DNA of 64,000 nucleotides from Octopus sinensis. Lineage: Eukaryota. Location: positions 177,258,001 through 177,322,000 of the forward strand of contig NC_042998.1 of NCBI RefSeq assembly GCF_006345805.1, given 5' to 3'. The stretch's first letter is position 1. Each line of letters starts with the position of its first letter. The notes below the pieces were generated by a model. It saw nothing but the letters and a program-made list of their open reading frames with translations, did not search any database and had not been told where the DNA came from. Positions 11,861-24,479 of the stretch are shown piece by piece. Both the position numbers and the translations under genes were made by a program.

Positions 11861-12245
11861 AGAGTGGCTGTGTGGTAAGTAGCTTGCTAACCAACCACAT
11901 GGTTCCGGGTTCAGTCCCACTGCGTGGCATCTTGAGCAAGTGTCTTCTGCTATAGCCCGGGCCGACCATTGCCTTGTGAGTGGATTTGGTAGACGGAAAC
12001 TGAAAGAAGCCCGTCGTATATATGTATATATATGCGTGTGTGTGTTTGTCCCCCCAGCATTGCTTGACAACCGATGCTAGTGTGTTTAGGTCCCCGTTAC
12101 TTAGCGGTTCGGCAAAAGAGACCGATGAATAAGTACTGGGCTTACAAAGAATAAGTCCCGGGGTCGATTTGCTCAACAAAAGGCGGTGCTCCAGCATGGC
12201 CGCAGTCAAATGACTGAAACAAGTAAAAGAGTAAAAAGAGTAAGA
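11861..12245 (+). mobile_element. SINE family B, full length
   Basis: gagtggctgtgtggtaagtagcttgc..ggttcagtcccactgcgtggca head; (GTAAAAGA)n tail. Confidence 0.92.
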
Positions 12246-12661
12246 CCAACAAGAAACAGAAGCTAACAGCATCAGAAAGGAAAAGAGAGATGGTGGGAGG
12301 GAGATAGGGAGGAAGAAAGAAGAAAAGGAAACAAATAAACAAACATAATCCGGCCTGACAGATGAAAATGGAAAAGCATGGGGCGGTGGGGCCGGAGGTG
12401 GAGTCTTGACATTTCATTTTCGCGCAGTCCGAAACTCTAGATGACAACTGTCCGAGTCACATGATGCCAGGCTAAAAGCTGAAGGCTCGACAATTTGTAT
12501 TCCATCTGTCATTGGTACCCCGAGTCTCCACGAGAAAAAAACATTTAGCTTCTGCTTCATTCTGACCACCAAGATTCAACTAAGTACTATGTGTAGATGC
12601 AATTCACCATTTTTTTAAGGAGTGGGAGCACAGTGTACTAAACGGATGTTTCGTTACTTAC

Positions 12662-12713
12662 CTGTGCAGAGTTTAAGTCTTTTGAAGGTTTATCAAGAAT
12701 ACAACAAAAGCCA
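12662..12713 (-). CDS. Weak candidate exon (GFCCILDKPSKDLNSAQ)
   Basis: tgtacag| acceptor and CAG|gtaagt donor; one open frame; phase 2-0 does not link to the other candidate exons. Confidence 0.25.
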
Positions 12714-12831
12714 CTGTACAGTTAATGATCATCAGAAAACGATGATCATCAATCGTCTCATTTCACTTCGGTTAACTTATGTGTGTGTGTGTGTTTATGT
12801 ATGTGTGTGGTGTGTGTGTGTGTGTGTGTGT

Positions 12832-13064
12832 AAGGCGGTGGGCTGGCAGAAACTTTAGCACGCCGGGCGAAATGCGTAGCCGTATTTCGTCTGCCGTAAC
12901 GTTCTGAGTTCAAATTCCGCTGAGGTCGACTTTGCCTTTCATCCTTTCGGGGTCGATAAATAAAGTACCAGTTACGCACTGGGGGTCGATGTAATCGACT
13001 TAATCCCTTTGTCTGTCCTTGTTTGTCCCCTCTATGTTTAGCCCCTTGTGGGCAGTAAAGAAAT
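12832..13064 (+). mobile_element. SINE family A, full length
   Basis: Complete head/core/tail. Confidence 0.92.
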
Positions 13065-13089
13065 ATATATGTATGTGTGAGTGTGATAA

Positions 13090-13330
13090 CATATACGTTA
13101 ATAGATAACACATTAAACTGATAACTCATAAAGATAACGTGATAATACGATAATCGATCAGATTTACTGATAACACGTAAAATTTTAAGTGATGGCACGT
13201 TAAACTGATTACTAAACACGATAATCTGATGATAACTGGATAACAGGTTGAAACGATAAATGATAGCACGTTAAACTGATAATTAATACATTAGATTAAT
13301 GATTGATAACAACTTAAACTCAACAAAACA
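13090..13330. repeat. Degenerate minisatellite built on gataacacgttaaact
   Basis: Motif recurs about 6-8 times with variation. Confidence 0.6.
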
Positions 13331-13498
13331 GACTTTCGCCACCAAGGATTAATTACACGACAAATCCTTAATACGGTGAGTACAAAAAACAAAAATCAAT
13401 AAAATCACTGGCATGAAAATATTTATATATTATGAATATATTTTTCAACGATGTTCTCTGATTAATACAGAGAAAATAAAGTTCTGTAAAACAATATA

Positions 13499-13729
13499 TA
13501 TTTCTTTACTACCCACAAGGGGCTAAACATAGAGGGGACAAACAAGGACAGACAAAGGGATTAAGTCGATTACATCGACCCAGTGCGAAACTGGTACTTT
13601 ATTTATCGACCCCGAGAGGATGAAAGGCAAAGTCGACCTCGGCGGAATTTGAACTCAGAACGTAACGACAGACGAAATACCGCTAAGCATTTCGCCCGGC
13701 GCGCTAACGTTTCTGCCAGCTCGCCGCCT
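13499..13729 (-). mobile_element. SINE family A, full length, with TSD
   Basis: TSD tctgtaaaacaatata at 13483-13498 and 13729-13744. Confidence 0.93.
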
Positions 13730-14049
13730 CTGTAAAACAATATAGTGAGGTCTCTATATACGAACATACGTTCCAGAAACCTGTTCGTTAACCAAATTAT
13801 TCGTTACATGAGTTACTGAAATGCATGTAAGAAAGAGTATTCCGTTCCAAGCCACACCCAGACTCCACTTAAAGGTATGAAGTGGTGTTTATTTAGTGGC
13901 GAATGGTGGTTGTTGTATTGGGTGTGCTACTACACCCAATGCCACCAAATTTCGAACAGGGGTATAAACAAAAATTTTTACATAAGATTTGTGATTAAAT
14001 TAATGAATAAGGTTAACACTTATAATGAATTTGCCATTTTCGATGGGTG

Positions 14050-14460
14050 TGTACGTTTGCTACGGTAGGTTGGCAGTAGTGCCCACTCTGACGACCTCAA
14101 CGGCACAGTGGAGTACTTTATCACGTCCTGTTCGGTCGCGAACCGAACCTCCACTGTGCCATACTTCTTTCCTCTCCTATAAAATGTCATGAGTTCCTTT
14201 AAGTCCTTTAGGTATTCCTCCACTGCTTCCGCCATAGCTATTTCTGTGGACAGCGTTCTATAGACTACTGCCCTTTTCGTCATCTTCTCTGTCACTTCTT
14301 TAGGTGGGGTCAGCCTCAGACTGGTATCTTCCGTTGCGATGAGTTCGTTAAACTCCTTCAATCTTTTCTCCTCGAATTCCACTTCTCCCACTTGCAGTAC
14401 ATCCGCAATCAAACCCTTTCCGGTTGCTGCAGCATAGCTACCGACTGATTGGGTCTCCAT
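14050..14460 (-). mobile_element. LINE ORF1 (gag-like, RRM-type) 5' fragment
   Basis: 146-aa open frame with SYAAA motif and RRM-like GTVEVRFATEQD..LRSSEWALLPTY; clade not determinable by eye. Confidence 0.5.
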
Positions 14461-14772
14461 TTAAACTCAGAATGTACAACGGATAAAATGCCTCCAAACA
14501 TTTTATCCGGCGTGCTAACGATTCTTCCACCTCACTGCCACTTAAAGACATAATCCTGGTTTTAAACTTTAGCACAAGGCCAGCAATTTCAGGGGAGAGA
14601 GTAAGTCGATAACACCGACCCCAGCACTCAACTGGTACTTATTTTATCGACTCCGAGAGGATGAAAGACAAAGCCAACATCGGCAACACTTGAACTCAGA
14701 ACATAAAGACGAAAGGAATGCCGTTAAACATTTTGTCTGATGCGGTAACGATTCTGTTAGCTCGCCGCCTTA
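14460..14772 (-). mobile_element. Two diverged SINE family A pieces
   Basis: Head at 14460-14545; full diverged copy at ~14560-14772. Confidence 0.75.
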
Positions 14773-15945
14773 CTGACATAATATTGCCGTTTGCCGCCCC
14801 ATGGTGATGAGAAACAATAATGTACATACCAGAAAATTTCAAATATATTTTCAAAAATATTTTTCCCTTTTTCTTTTTCATTTTTTTTTTCATATATATT
14901 TTTAAATGACAGTAGGGTGTGATTTGATGGAGATTTAACTGCTATTTCTAACAAAAGGAACAACTACATAAAGGTCTCGTTCGTTGAAGTGGTCAATCCT
15001 AAAGGTCAGGTTGACAACACTGCTAAATCAGAGGAGGATCTAAGGTTGTTAGTCAGTCGCTGGATACGATCGATCCAGCTGCCACACATCACACACACAT
15101 ACACTCTCTCTCTCTCTTTTTCTCTCTCTTTCTCTTTCTCTCTCTCTCTCTCTCTCCTTCTCTCTCTCTCTCTCCTAAATAGAAACTACATATTTTAAAG
15201 ATCTAATTCTGACATTAACTTAAGCTAGGACTGACACGGGTAACGGGTAGAAACAGCTTTGATCTCCTACTTCAATGCTAAAGTCTGGGTGTGCCCAAAC
15301 CGGAACTAAACAAGAGCAATACATATGAACAGTAGGAATTTACTATAAAGTATTGAAAAATAAAAACCCAAAGAGGATATTGGGGGAGGATTTTCAATGA
15401 AGTATTTCTTCAATGAGACTTAGTTGGTAGTGTAGAGTTTCAGCTGGAACGAAAAACAGGTGTCTGTCTATCTAATCAAGGATCGGTTCTCTCAGAAAGA
15501 GAAGTGGAGCTGAATGAAGGGGTAAATAGAAAGGAAAAAATAAGCGGAAGTAAAGAGAAGAAGAGAGAGAGAGAAGGAGAGGTAGGAAGGTATAGAGGAG
15601 AGGAAGGTATAGAAAAGGAGAGGTAGGAAGGTATATATATATATATAAAGTCGGTCAATCAAAGAAGTATTCATTCGCAGACATAACAAATGAATGTGAC
15701 ATATCAAAAGGATTGCCATGCTTGGTGGAATGTCTTCATTACTGTAGCTTCGCTTTTGTTGTTGTTGTTGTTATGGGTTGTTGCTGTTGTTTTTGTTTTT
15801 GTCCTTGTTCTGGAGGTCAAGGCGGCGGCGGCGGTGGCGATGGTGTTGGTCGTCATCGTTGTCGTCGTGGTTGCGCTGTGGTAGTAATGGTGGGGAGGGG
15901 GAAAGTAGTGGTTATGCTGGTGGTGTTTGCCTGTGAATGTACTGG

Positions 15946-16525
15946 TAAAGGTGGATGAACTGGCAGAAACGTTAGCACGCCGGGCGAAATGCGTAGCCGT
16001 ATTTCATCTGCCGTTGCGTTCTGAGTTCAAATTCCGCCGAGGTCGACTTTGCCTTTCATCCTTTCGGGGTCGATAAATTAAGTACCAGTTACGCACTGGG
16101 GTCGATGTAATCGACTTTATCCGTTTGTCTGTTCTTGTTTGTCCTCTCTGTGTTTAGCCCCTTGTGGGTAGTAAAGAAATAGGTATTTCGTCTGCCGTTA
16201 CGTTCTGAGTTCAAATTCCGCCGAGGTCGACTTTACCTTTCATCCTTTCGGGGTCGATAAATTAAGTACCAGTTACGCACTGGGGTCGATATAATCGACT
16301 TAATCCGTTTGTCCTCTCTGTGTTTAGCCCCTTGTGGGTAGTAAAGAAGTCGGTATTTCGTCTGCCATTACATTCTAAGTTCAAATTCCACCGAGGTCGA
16401 CTTTACTTTTCATCCTTTCGGGGTCGATTAAATAAGTACCAGTTAATCACTGGGGTCGATGTAATCGACTTAATCTCCTCGTTTGTCCCCTCTAAGTTTA
16501 GCCCCCTGAGGGTAATAAAGAAATA
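15946..16525 (+). mobile_element. SINE family A trimer (one head, three bodies)
   Basis: Body restarts at gtatttcgtctgcc after each aaagaa tail (~16182, ~16352). Confidence 0.9.
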
Positions 16526-16932
16526 AATGGTGGTACTGGTCAATGGTAATGGAGATGCTGGTAGTGAGCGTAAGGGGAGGGAGTTGATGCGTGAATTGCT
16601 GTTGGAATGTTGATGTATTAGTGGTTGTTGTTGTTGTTGTTGTTGTTTAACCTCAGGTGAACTCTGAATGAACAGACCAATGATCAACCATCATGACTCT
16701 TTTAAGGGGGGGGTTATTTCCCTTTTTTTGTGGGTTTTTTTTTTTTACTTTTTGTTCCTTTTTTTCTTTCTTTTCAGACGGTAGCTTGTGATTTGAGGGT
16801 GGTTTGAATACTACTTCTAGCAAGTCGAGTGCTCACATAGGGATTCCATCGCCGGTGATTGTGTTGTTGCTGTGGATCTTATTAAAGGTGAAATATTTAT
16901 CCGTTCAGGGTGAGGAGAAACATGGTTGCCGA

Positions 16933-17005
<73 letters not shown>

Positions 17006-17144
17006 TGTTGGAGACGGTCACTGTCAGTGTTGGTTAATGCGTTGTTGCTGTCAGCAAAGTTTTTTTATTTTATTTTATCTTTTTATTGTAGAAGTGGATG
17101 AACCACAAAGGTCATGGTAATCAATAGGTTAGCACAAACCTATG

Positions 17145-17244
<100 letters not shown>

Positions 17245-18130
17245 TACACACACACATATATATGTATGTGTGTGTGTGTGTATAGAAAGAGGGAGAGGGA
17301 GAGAGAGAGGGGGGGTGGGGCGTTTGAAGGTAGTGAAGAAGTGAAAAGAAAAATGTCAATGAAAGAAGGGGATTCAGAACAGAAACGGTTAAAAAGAGAT
17401 TGTGGTTCGTTATACCAAATGACAAAGGGCAACTGGCGATATCGAACCAGTAGTGGTGGAGACGGTGATGGATGTAGACTTCAGGATCTGGGCCTGCATA
17501 GATTAAACGGAAGTGGTCGGATAAATACCTTCAGTTCTGAGTCATTGAATCATTATTATCTGCTCCCTTTCGACGAGCTCACTCACCAATCACTTATTGA
17601 CTAAGATCCCGCAACAACTAAATTCCTGTGCTAAGAATATTTGTATCCCTATATAATCCTATAACTTAGCTCTTTCTAAATCTTGTTCTTAGTCCCCGAT
17701 GAGCCATAAGCAAACATGATATATTTAGTCAGACTAGCGATTATGGATTAAATATTCTATTTAATCAGTAACAGTTATAGTGTATATAATAATACTAATA
17801 ATCAATTGTGAGAATTTAATATATTAAAGTTTTAGAATAAAAGTTTCAGGAGAGAACAGATCGAAACGTCAACTAATGAATGACAAAGAACAGGAGTTAT
17901 GTAATCCACCCTTACAGCTTTTTCTGCAATATTCTTCATTTTAGTGGCTTCGGAGAATCGATAGGATGTAGTACAAGAACCCAGTTCTGAGTGCATTACC
18001 TCTTACAGCAAAAACAGTTGTAAAATAATGGTGTTCTTTTATCATTCATTAACTGATAATATTTTGTTTTTGGATTTGGTTTGCAAGATTCTTTATATGA
18101 GGGCGTGTGTTGAAGCATATTCTGTTGTGT

Positions 18131-18278
18131 CTGGGGAGAGTCATTCTCTTTTAGTGCCTTATTATTTAACACACTCACCAGTAAAAATATTTTAGAAAAT
18201 AAAAATAAGAAATAAGTGGAAATTTTACCGGTGAGTGTGTTAAATAATAAGGCACTAAAAGAGAATGACTCTCCCCAG
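18131..18278. repeat. Near-perfect 56-bp inverted repeat with 36-nt spacer
   Basis: Arms 18131-18186 and 18223-18278, one mismatch. Confidence 0.95.
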
Positions 18279-18610
18279 GCATAACTGATAATAGTTATGT
18301 TGTTAAGTTGGAAAGAAACACTGTTCCCAAACAAAAAATAAGGACGGGCCTTCTCTACGTGGCCTCTGACTGGAAAGTACACGTCTATCCGGACAGGCAC
18401 CTGGAGTTTCCATAGCACATTGTACCATCATCATGACTCCAGCCAGGCATGATCATTACCTCTGATGCAACAAAAAAAGAAGAAAAAAAAACACTGACCG
18501 TATTGAAACTCACAGTGACATAGAATGAGTGTATTGAATAAGACATTGAAAGGGACCCCATAAAGTACAAGCGACTGTTCCGGGGGAGCCAGGACAGAGG
18601 TTTGGTTATG

Positions 18611-19521
18611 TATTGGGTTGAGGAATAATTCATGAGCGTTTTCTTCAAATTTAAAAATGCTCGCAGAAATAAAACGCATTGGCAAAATGTTTTATGATAT
18701 TTGAAAGATAACTTTTTGCTCTACAAGATTGTGTTTTGATTTTTTAAATTTTATTGATTTTTGTGTATTTTCAGATCATTAAAATGGAATGTCAAGTGGA
18801 AAAAACTGAGCATTTTTGACGTCATTTGCTTTTTGCATTTAATCGAGGTGTTAAACCCGCCGAAGCTGCTCGTGAGATTTGCTCTGTGTATGAAGGAGCA
18901 ATGCTTCAAAGTACCCCCCACCACCACGACGTTGGTTTTCGCGCTTCAAAAATGAGTATTTTGACCTCAAGGGCGGATTACACACCGGTCGACCAACTGA
19001 GTTCGATGAAGAGCGATTGAATCAACCTCTTCACGAAAATCCACGTCAAACGACCAGAGAATTGGCGGAGCAGATGAATTGTGATAAAAAAAAACTGTGT
19101 TGAACCACCTTCACTCAATGGGCAAGGTTCGTCGAGCTTAATTGGTCGACCGGTGTGTGATCCGTCCTTGAGGTCAAAATTCCCACTTTTGAAGTGCGAA
19201 AACCAACGGCAAGCGATACTTTGAGGCATTGCTCCTTCTCCATACACAGTGCGAATCTCACTAGCAGCTTTGGCGGGTTTAACACCTCGATTAAATACAA
19301 AAAATGATGTCGAAAAGGTTCAGTTTTGTTCACTTGACATTCTATTTTAATGATCTGAAACTACACAAAAATCAATAAAATTAAAAAATCAAAATACACT
19401 CTCTTGTAGAGCAAAACCTTCTCGTTCAAATGGCATAAAACATTTTGCCAATACGCTTTATTTCTGCGTGCATTTTTAAATTTGAAAAAAAAATGCCCAC
19501 GAATTATTCTTCAACCCAATA
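18611..19521. mobile_element. Fold-back mariner derivative made of two inverted 5' ends, TA TSD
   Basis: TA|ttgggttgaggaataattc..gaattattcttcaacccaa|TA; both arms encode a decayed mariner N-terminal HTH (LFAFNRGVKPAEAAREICSVYGEGA..RWFSxFKxGNFDLKD..GRP). Confidence 0.9.
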
Positions 19522-19915
19522 CTGTGATTTTCTAGAAGTGGGATGTAGAGGCTTTGCAGGATGCTCTCTATACTGAGTGCTCAATGATTTAGCTTCGCAA
19601 AATGGAAATGGAGAGAGCTTAGGACCTTTCCATCGGCGAGCGAAGCCACAAGCAAAGCCTCTCGGTAACTTTGGATTAAAAGGGTTAATCCGTGGCCGGT
19701 GCTGCTAGGATACGTGTTGAGGCCTAATCAACCTCGATTGGGCAACATGGACGAAGAAGTCTGATGCTGAAAGACCCAAATACACCCAATGACTTCAGGT
19801 TACATCAATAAAGATGCATTTCGGTTCACACAGGAAACATAGCTAACCCACATATGCACGTACACACACACATACACACATATACACGCACCACACACAC
19901 ACACACACACACACA

Positions 19916-19946
<31 letters not shown>

Positions 19947-20179
19947 CATTTCGCATTGCTACTGTACACTCAATTGCAATTAGTTAATTGTAGAAGAGAG
20001 AGCGTGGGTGCAGCCCTCTCTAGTACCAGCTGTCGTATACTGGATGTTTCGTTGTGTCTAGGGCGGGGAAACCGAGACGGTGTATGTCTTCTGGTGATTA
20101 TATAGGTATCTAAAACAGGGAATGCATTGTACACGTTACCAGGTCATACTCGTGAATGATGACTAGTTGCATTTGACTG

Positions 20180-20181
20180 AA

Positions 20182-20212
<31 letters not shown>

Positions 20213-20257
20213 AGACAGACAGACAGACAGCAGAAAGACAGACAGACAGACAGACAA

Positions 20258-20323
<66 letters not shown>

Positions 20324-20324
20324 T

Positions 20325-20359
<35 letters not shown>

Positions 20360-20360
20360 T
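20180..20360. repeat. (GACA)n-(GATA)n microsatellite
   Basis: Direct inspection. Confidence 0.95.
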
Positions 20361-21239
20361 ATGAGAGAGAGAGAAAGAGAAAGAAAGAGAGAGACAGAGC
20401 GATTGGTAGGTATATATTTACATAAATTAAAAGAAAACTGCCCAAAGGCAGTTGATTCTTCTTGTGAGATTAATTGTTAATTCGATAATAAAAGAGCACT
20501 GTGTTCATATTTAAGAAATAACAAAAGTAGATTTGATCATACCAATCTCAGAAAGAATATATTAGACATACATGCAAACATACATACACACACTCACGCA
20601 TACATATTATATATCATGTATATATATATATATATATATGTATGTATATATATATATATATCGAGAGAGAGAGAAGGAGAAAGAGAGAACGAGGGAGAGG
20701 TTGAGAGAGGAGAGTAGTTTAAAGTGATATTACGTACATGGTAAATCTATAAACAAAGAGGACTTAATACCTTTGGTAAAGTAAATATTTAATGCAGAGC
20801 TATAACCCTTGCACACAGTATCGCGTTATAAATACGCACGCATGCACACCACACACACACATACACACAGTACCCCATCAAATCAACATTACCTATTGTC
20901 TTCAATGCAACTGCACATAATTCACATAAAGACATGCGCGCGTGCGCGTGCAGGTTTCCATCCGTACACGTGAGGAATGAAAAGCATTAATTTGGACTTT
21001 CATACATGAAATCATAAAGACATTCATACGATGACGTCTAGAGGTGCGGAAAAGCGACAGGGTGCCGGATTAAATGACTAAAATACCAGGTTTTGGTTGC
21101 GTTTTAACTTCGGTGTTCAAATACGTCAGGTTTTTTTTTTTACATCATCTCTCATCGCTGTAAACTGGATGAAATATACAGCTGTAATACACAGGGTCAG
21201 TTTAATAATCTGTCCCTTCCCATTCTTTCGATAAAAATT

Positions 21240-21885
21240 GACCTAGCTAGAGTGTGTGCCGCCCGGAGCGCGAAATTTTTTTTTCCCACGAGAGTTCCAG
21301 ACCCCAGTTATGAACTCATTTGCATTACGGCCAATCAGAGCTCAACTATTAAACAAATTTATGAGCGTATAGATGGGGTAGGTTGTTGTTGAGCCACCTA
21401 ATATGACTCACTCTGAAAGCTGTAATCTCATTTGGTGGTAGACTCAGATGAAGAATATATAAGGTTGTAACTTTAAACACGTTTATTGTGGTCACACATA
21501 TATACACAATGGAATGATAAATAGAATGGTTGGTGTGTAGTGGCCGTGGTCTTCTGGGCTTTGCTCCTATCTGCAAGCTGGTGTATTGTATGAGAGAGAG
21601 AGAAAGAGAGAGAGGGGGAGAGCCAATCAGGTTGCGTCTTCACAGCTCGTGTGTCAGTGCAGAAAGTTCATTGCTGGGATCCGGAACTCGCGTGGGAAAA
21701 AAATGCACTCGGGGCGGTCTTTCCGTTTGCAGTGCCCGGGACGGCCCTTCCGTTTGCCGCCCCCGGGTCCCACCAAAAACGCATATTGCCTACAGTAGAC
21801 CCAAAAGTGGTGCCCCTTTAAAAGTGTCGCCCGGGGCGGACCGCCCTACTAACCCCGCTCCCTAGCTACGCTAGTGGCCTTATGG
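21240..21885. mobile_element. MITE-like DNA element with internal inverted repeats
   Basis: Inverted pair 21259-21316 / 21665-21717; GC-rich right end ..ccctagctacgctagtg. Confidence 0.5.
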
Positions 21886-21889
21886 CTTT

Positions 21890-22423
21890 AGTCTTTACTT
21901 GGTTCAGTTATAGGACTGCGGCCATGCTACCGCACCGCCTTGAAGCGTTAGAAGAACAAATTGATCCCAGTACTTTGTTTAAAGTCTGGTACTCATCCCA
22001 TCAATCTCTTTTGCCGAATCACCAAGTTACAGGGGTGTAAACAACTTAACACCGATAGTCAAGCGGTATACGTTCTGAGTTTAAATTCCGCCGAGGTTGA
22101 CTTTGCCTTTCATCCTTTCGGGGTCGATTAAATAAGTACCAGTTACGCACTGGGGTCGATATAATCGACTTAATCCGTTTGTCCTTGTTTGTCCTCTCTG
22201 TGTTTAGCCCCTTGTGGGTAGTAAAGAAATAGGTAAGGGACTGCACAAACACAAGGTCACCCACACACACACATATATACATACACACACACACACATGG
22301 CTAGCTTCCAGGCAGTTTCCGTGCACCAAATTCACTCACAAGGCATTGTTCGATTCGAGACGAAAGTAGAAGACACTTGCTCAAAGTGTAAGCATAATAG
22401 GTCTGGATACGAAACAGATTTTA

Positions 22424-22476
<53 letters not shown>

Positions 22477-22630
22477 TGCGTGCGTACGCAACTGGTATTT
22501 AATTTATCGAATCCGAAAGGATGAAAGGCAAAGTCGACCTCGGTAGAATTTGAACTCAGAACGTAGCGACGGGCGAAATACCTCTAAGCATTTAGCCCGG
22601 CGTGCTAACGATTCTAACAGCTCGCCGCCT
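21890..22630. mobile_element. Cluster of SINE A and B fragments in both orientations
   Basis: B tail (-) 21890-22060, A body (+) 22069-22232, B piece 22290-22390, A head (-) 22490-22630. Confidence 0.75.
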
Positions 22631-22916
22631 TAGACACAACATATATTGAACTACATTGTCTCATGTATCTCGCCTTGTTAAAGACAGCAAGCAATGCTGA
22701 TTAGAGATAGTACGAACCAGTCGACTAAAGACTATCACTTTATTTACCTAATTACAGAAAATACATTTTATATGAAATACAGACACGTAATTTTGTAATA
22801 CCATTGTTGGGCATAAATGTTTGTATATCTCAGAGGGAGGGAGAGAGAGAGAGAGAGAGAGAGAGAATGTGTGTATGTATGAGAGAGTGGGAGTGAGTGA
22901 AAGAGAGAGAGAGAAA

Positions 22917-22990
<74 letters not shown>

Positions 22991-23649
22991 TAGGCAACGA
23001 AAGCAACGTTCTGTGTTCACTGAACGTTAAGATGCGTTGGTATTTTTAAACGTATTGCCTGGGAAGCCGATTTGACTAGGATGGTATTTGCAGGAGATTA
23101 CACTGCTATTTCTAGAAAGCCGTTCGACCACGTGAAGTTAGTCTCCTTCTATTAAAATTAACAGACATGTTGGTTCAATAGCGCGTAGTAACAGTATTCT
23201 GCTTTGTAGTGCTGTTAGAACTAACTGCACCGTGGGAAGAGAATAGCGAAAACTTGGTGGTCCGGCTGATCACAGTGTATGAATAATTGATAGATACATG
23301 CAGAAATATTGGCTGGAGTTCAGAATACTTTCACCTTAATGTCGGTTGCTGTCGTTATTTTAGCCGTGACCTGGTAAACTTCAGCAGTTTGGATTCGACG
23401 CTTGAGAATTGGTGTCGTTGACAGATGTACACGCTACATGTAGTAGAGAATGTATCATGAACCAGTGGGGAAACCTCTATGCTATCGGTTAATCTGCTAG
23501 AAGTAACTACTAAATCTCCCTCAAATCACATCCTACTGAAGAACACAATTGATAATGTAGTCTCAGAAACATTATCCATAAAAAAAAAAGAAAATATGAA
23601 AGTCAAGCGGGCTGATCAAGTGTTAACAACGTTAACAAGAGCAACAGGA

Positions 23650-23850
23650 GTGGAGGCGCAATGGCCCAGTGGTTAGGGCAGTAGACTCGTGGTTAGGGCA
23701 GGACGTGATTTCGATTCCCAGACTGGGCATTGTGAGTGTTTATTGGGCAAAAACACCAAAGCTCCACGAGGCTCCAGCGGTGGAGGAGTGAACCGCGCTG
23801 TACTCTTTCACCACAACTTTCTCTCACTCTTTCTTCCTACTTCTTCCACA
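23650..23850 (+). mobile_element. SINE family C (tRNA-Arg-like head; resembles octopus OR-type), 3' diverged
   Basis: gtggaggcgcaatggcccagtggttagggcag head. Confidence 0.8.
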
Positions 23851-24479
23851 AAGCAGAGGAACCATGGTGTAACCCACTATGGTGTGGTAAACTTTCAAAC
23901 CCTAGTCTAGATTGCGAATCCTCTGTAACCCAGGATGGTTCAGCTCTCCACCCGTTAAAAGCCACCGTTTGCGAAATGAGGATAATAACGTAGCTTTCGC
24001 GCCCGTGCAACCGCCAGTCTATCGCGTGTGGTGGGTGGATCTTCAAGTTGCCACAGCATTCTGAGTAGCTTAGAGTAGGCTCGAATTAGAGATTATTCTT
24101 TGTGGCTAATGGCATGAGTCCTGATTGGAAGAAGAAGAAGAGAGAAGAAGAAGAAGAAAGAAAAGAAGAAGAAGAGAAGAAGGAAGAAAGAGAGGAGGAG
24201 GAGGAGGAGGAGGAGAAGAAGAAGAAGAAGAAGAAGGACTTGCGAGTAGAAATAGCAGCCGCATCTCCAAATCTTATCCTACCATCCTTGAGACATTATG
24301 CATGAAAAAGATAAAAAAACAAAAGAGAGAAAAGGTGCTGAACTAATATAACAGCAACAACGAACTAGTGTACAGGGTCGCTTGACTTGTGAGTAAAAAT
24401 AGCTGCCATATCTCCCTCAAATCATACGTTATTTCTTTTTTTCTTTATAAATGGACACATTTGCACATCATATAGGAAT

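Noticed and set aside
23650-23730. tRNA-Arg-like genes at SINE C/D heads
   Set aside because: Each continues into a conserved SINE body with a tail and TSDs; these are not standalone tRNAs.
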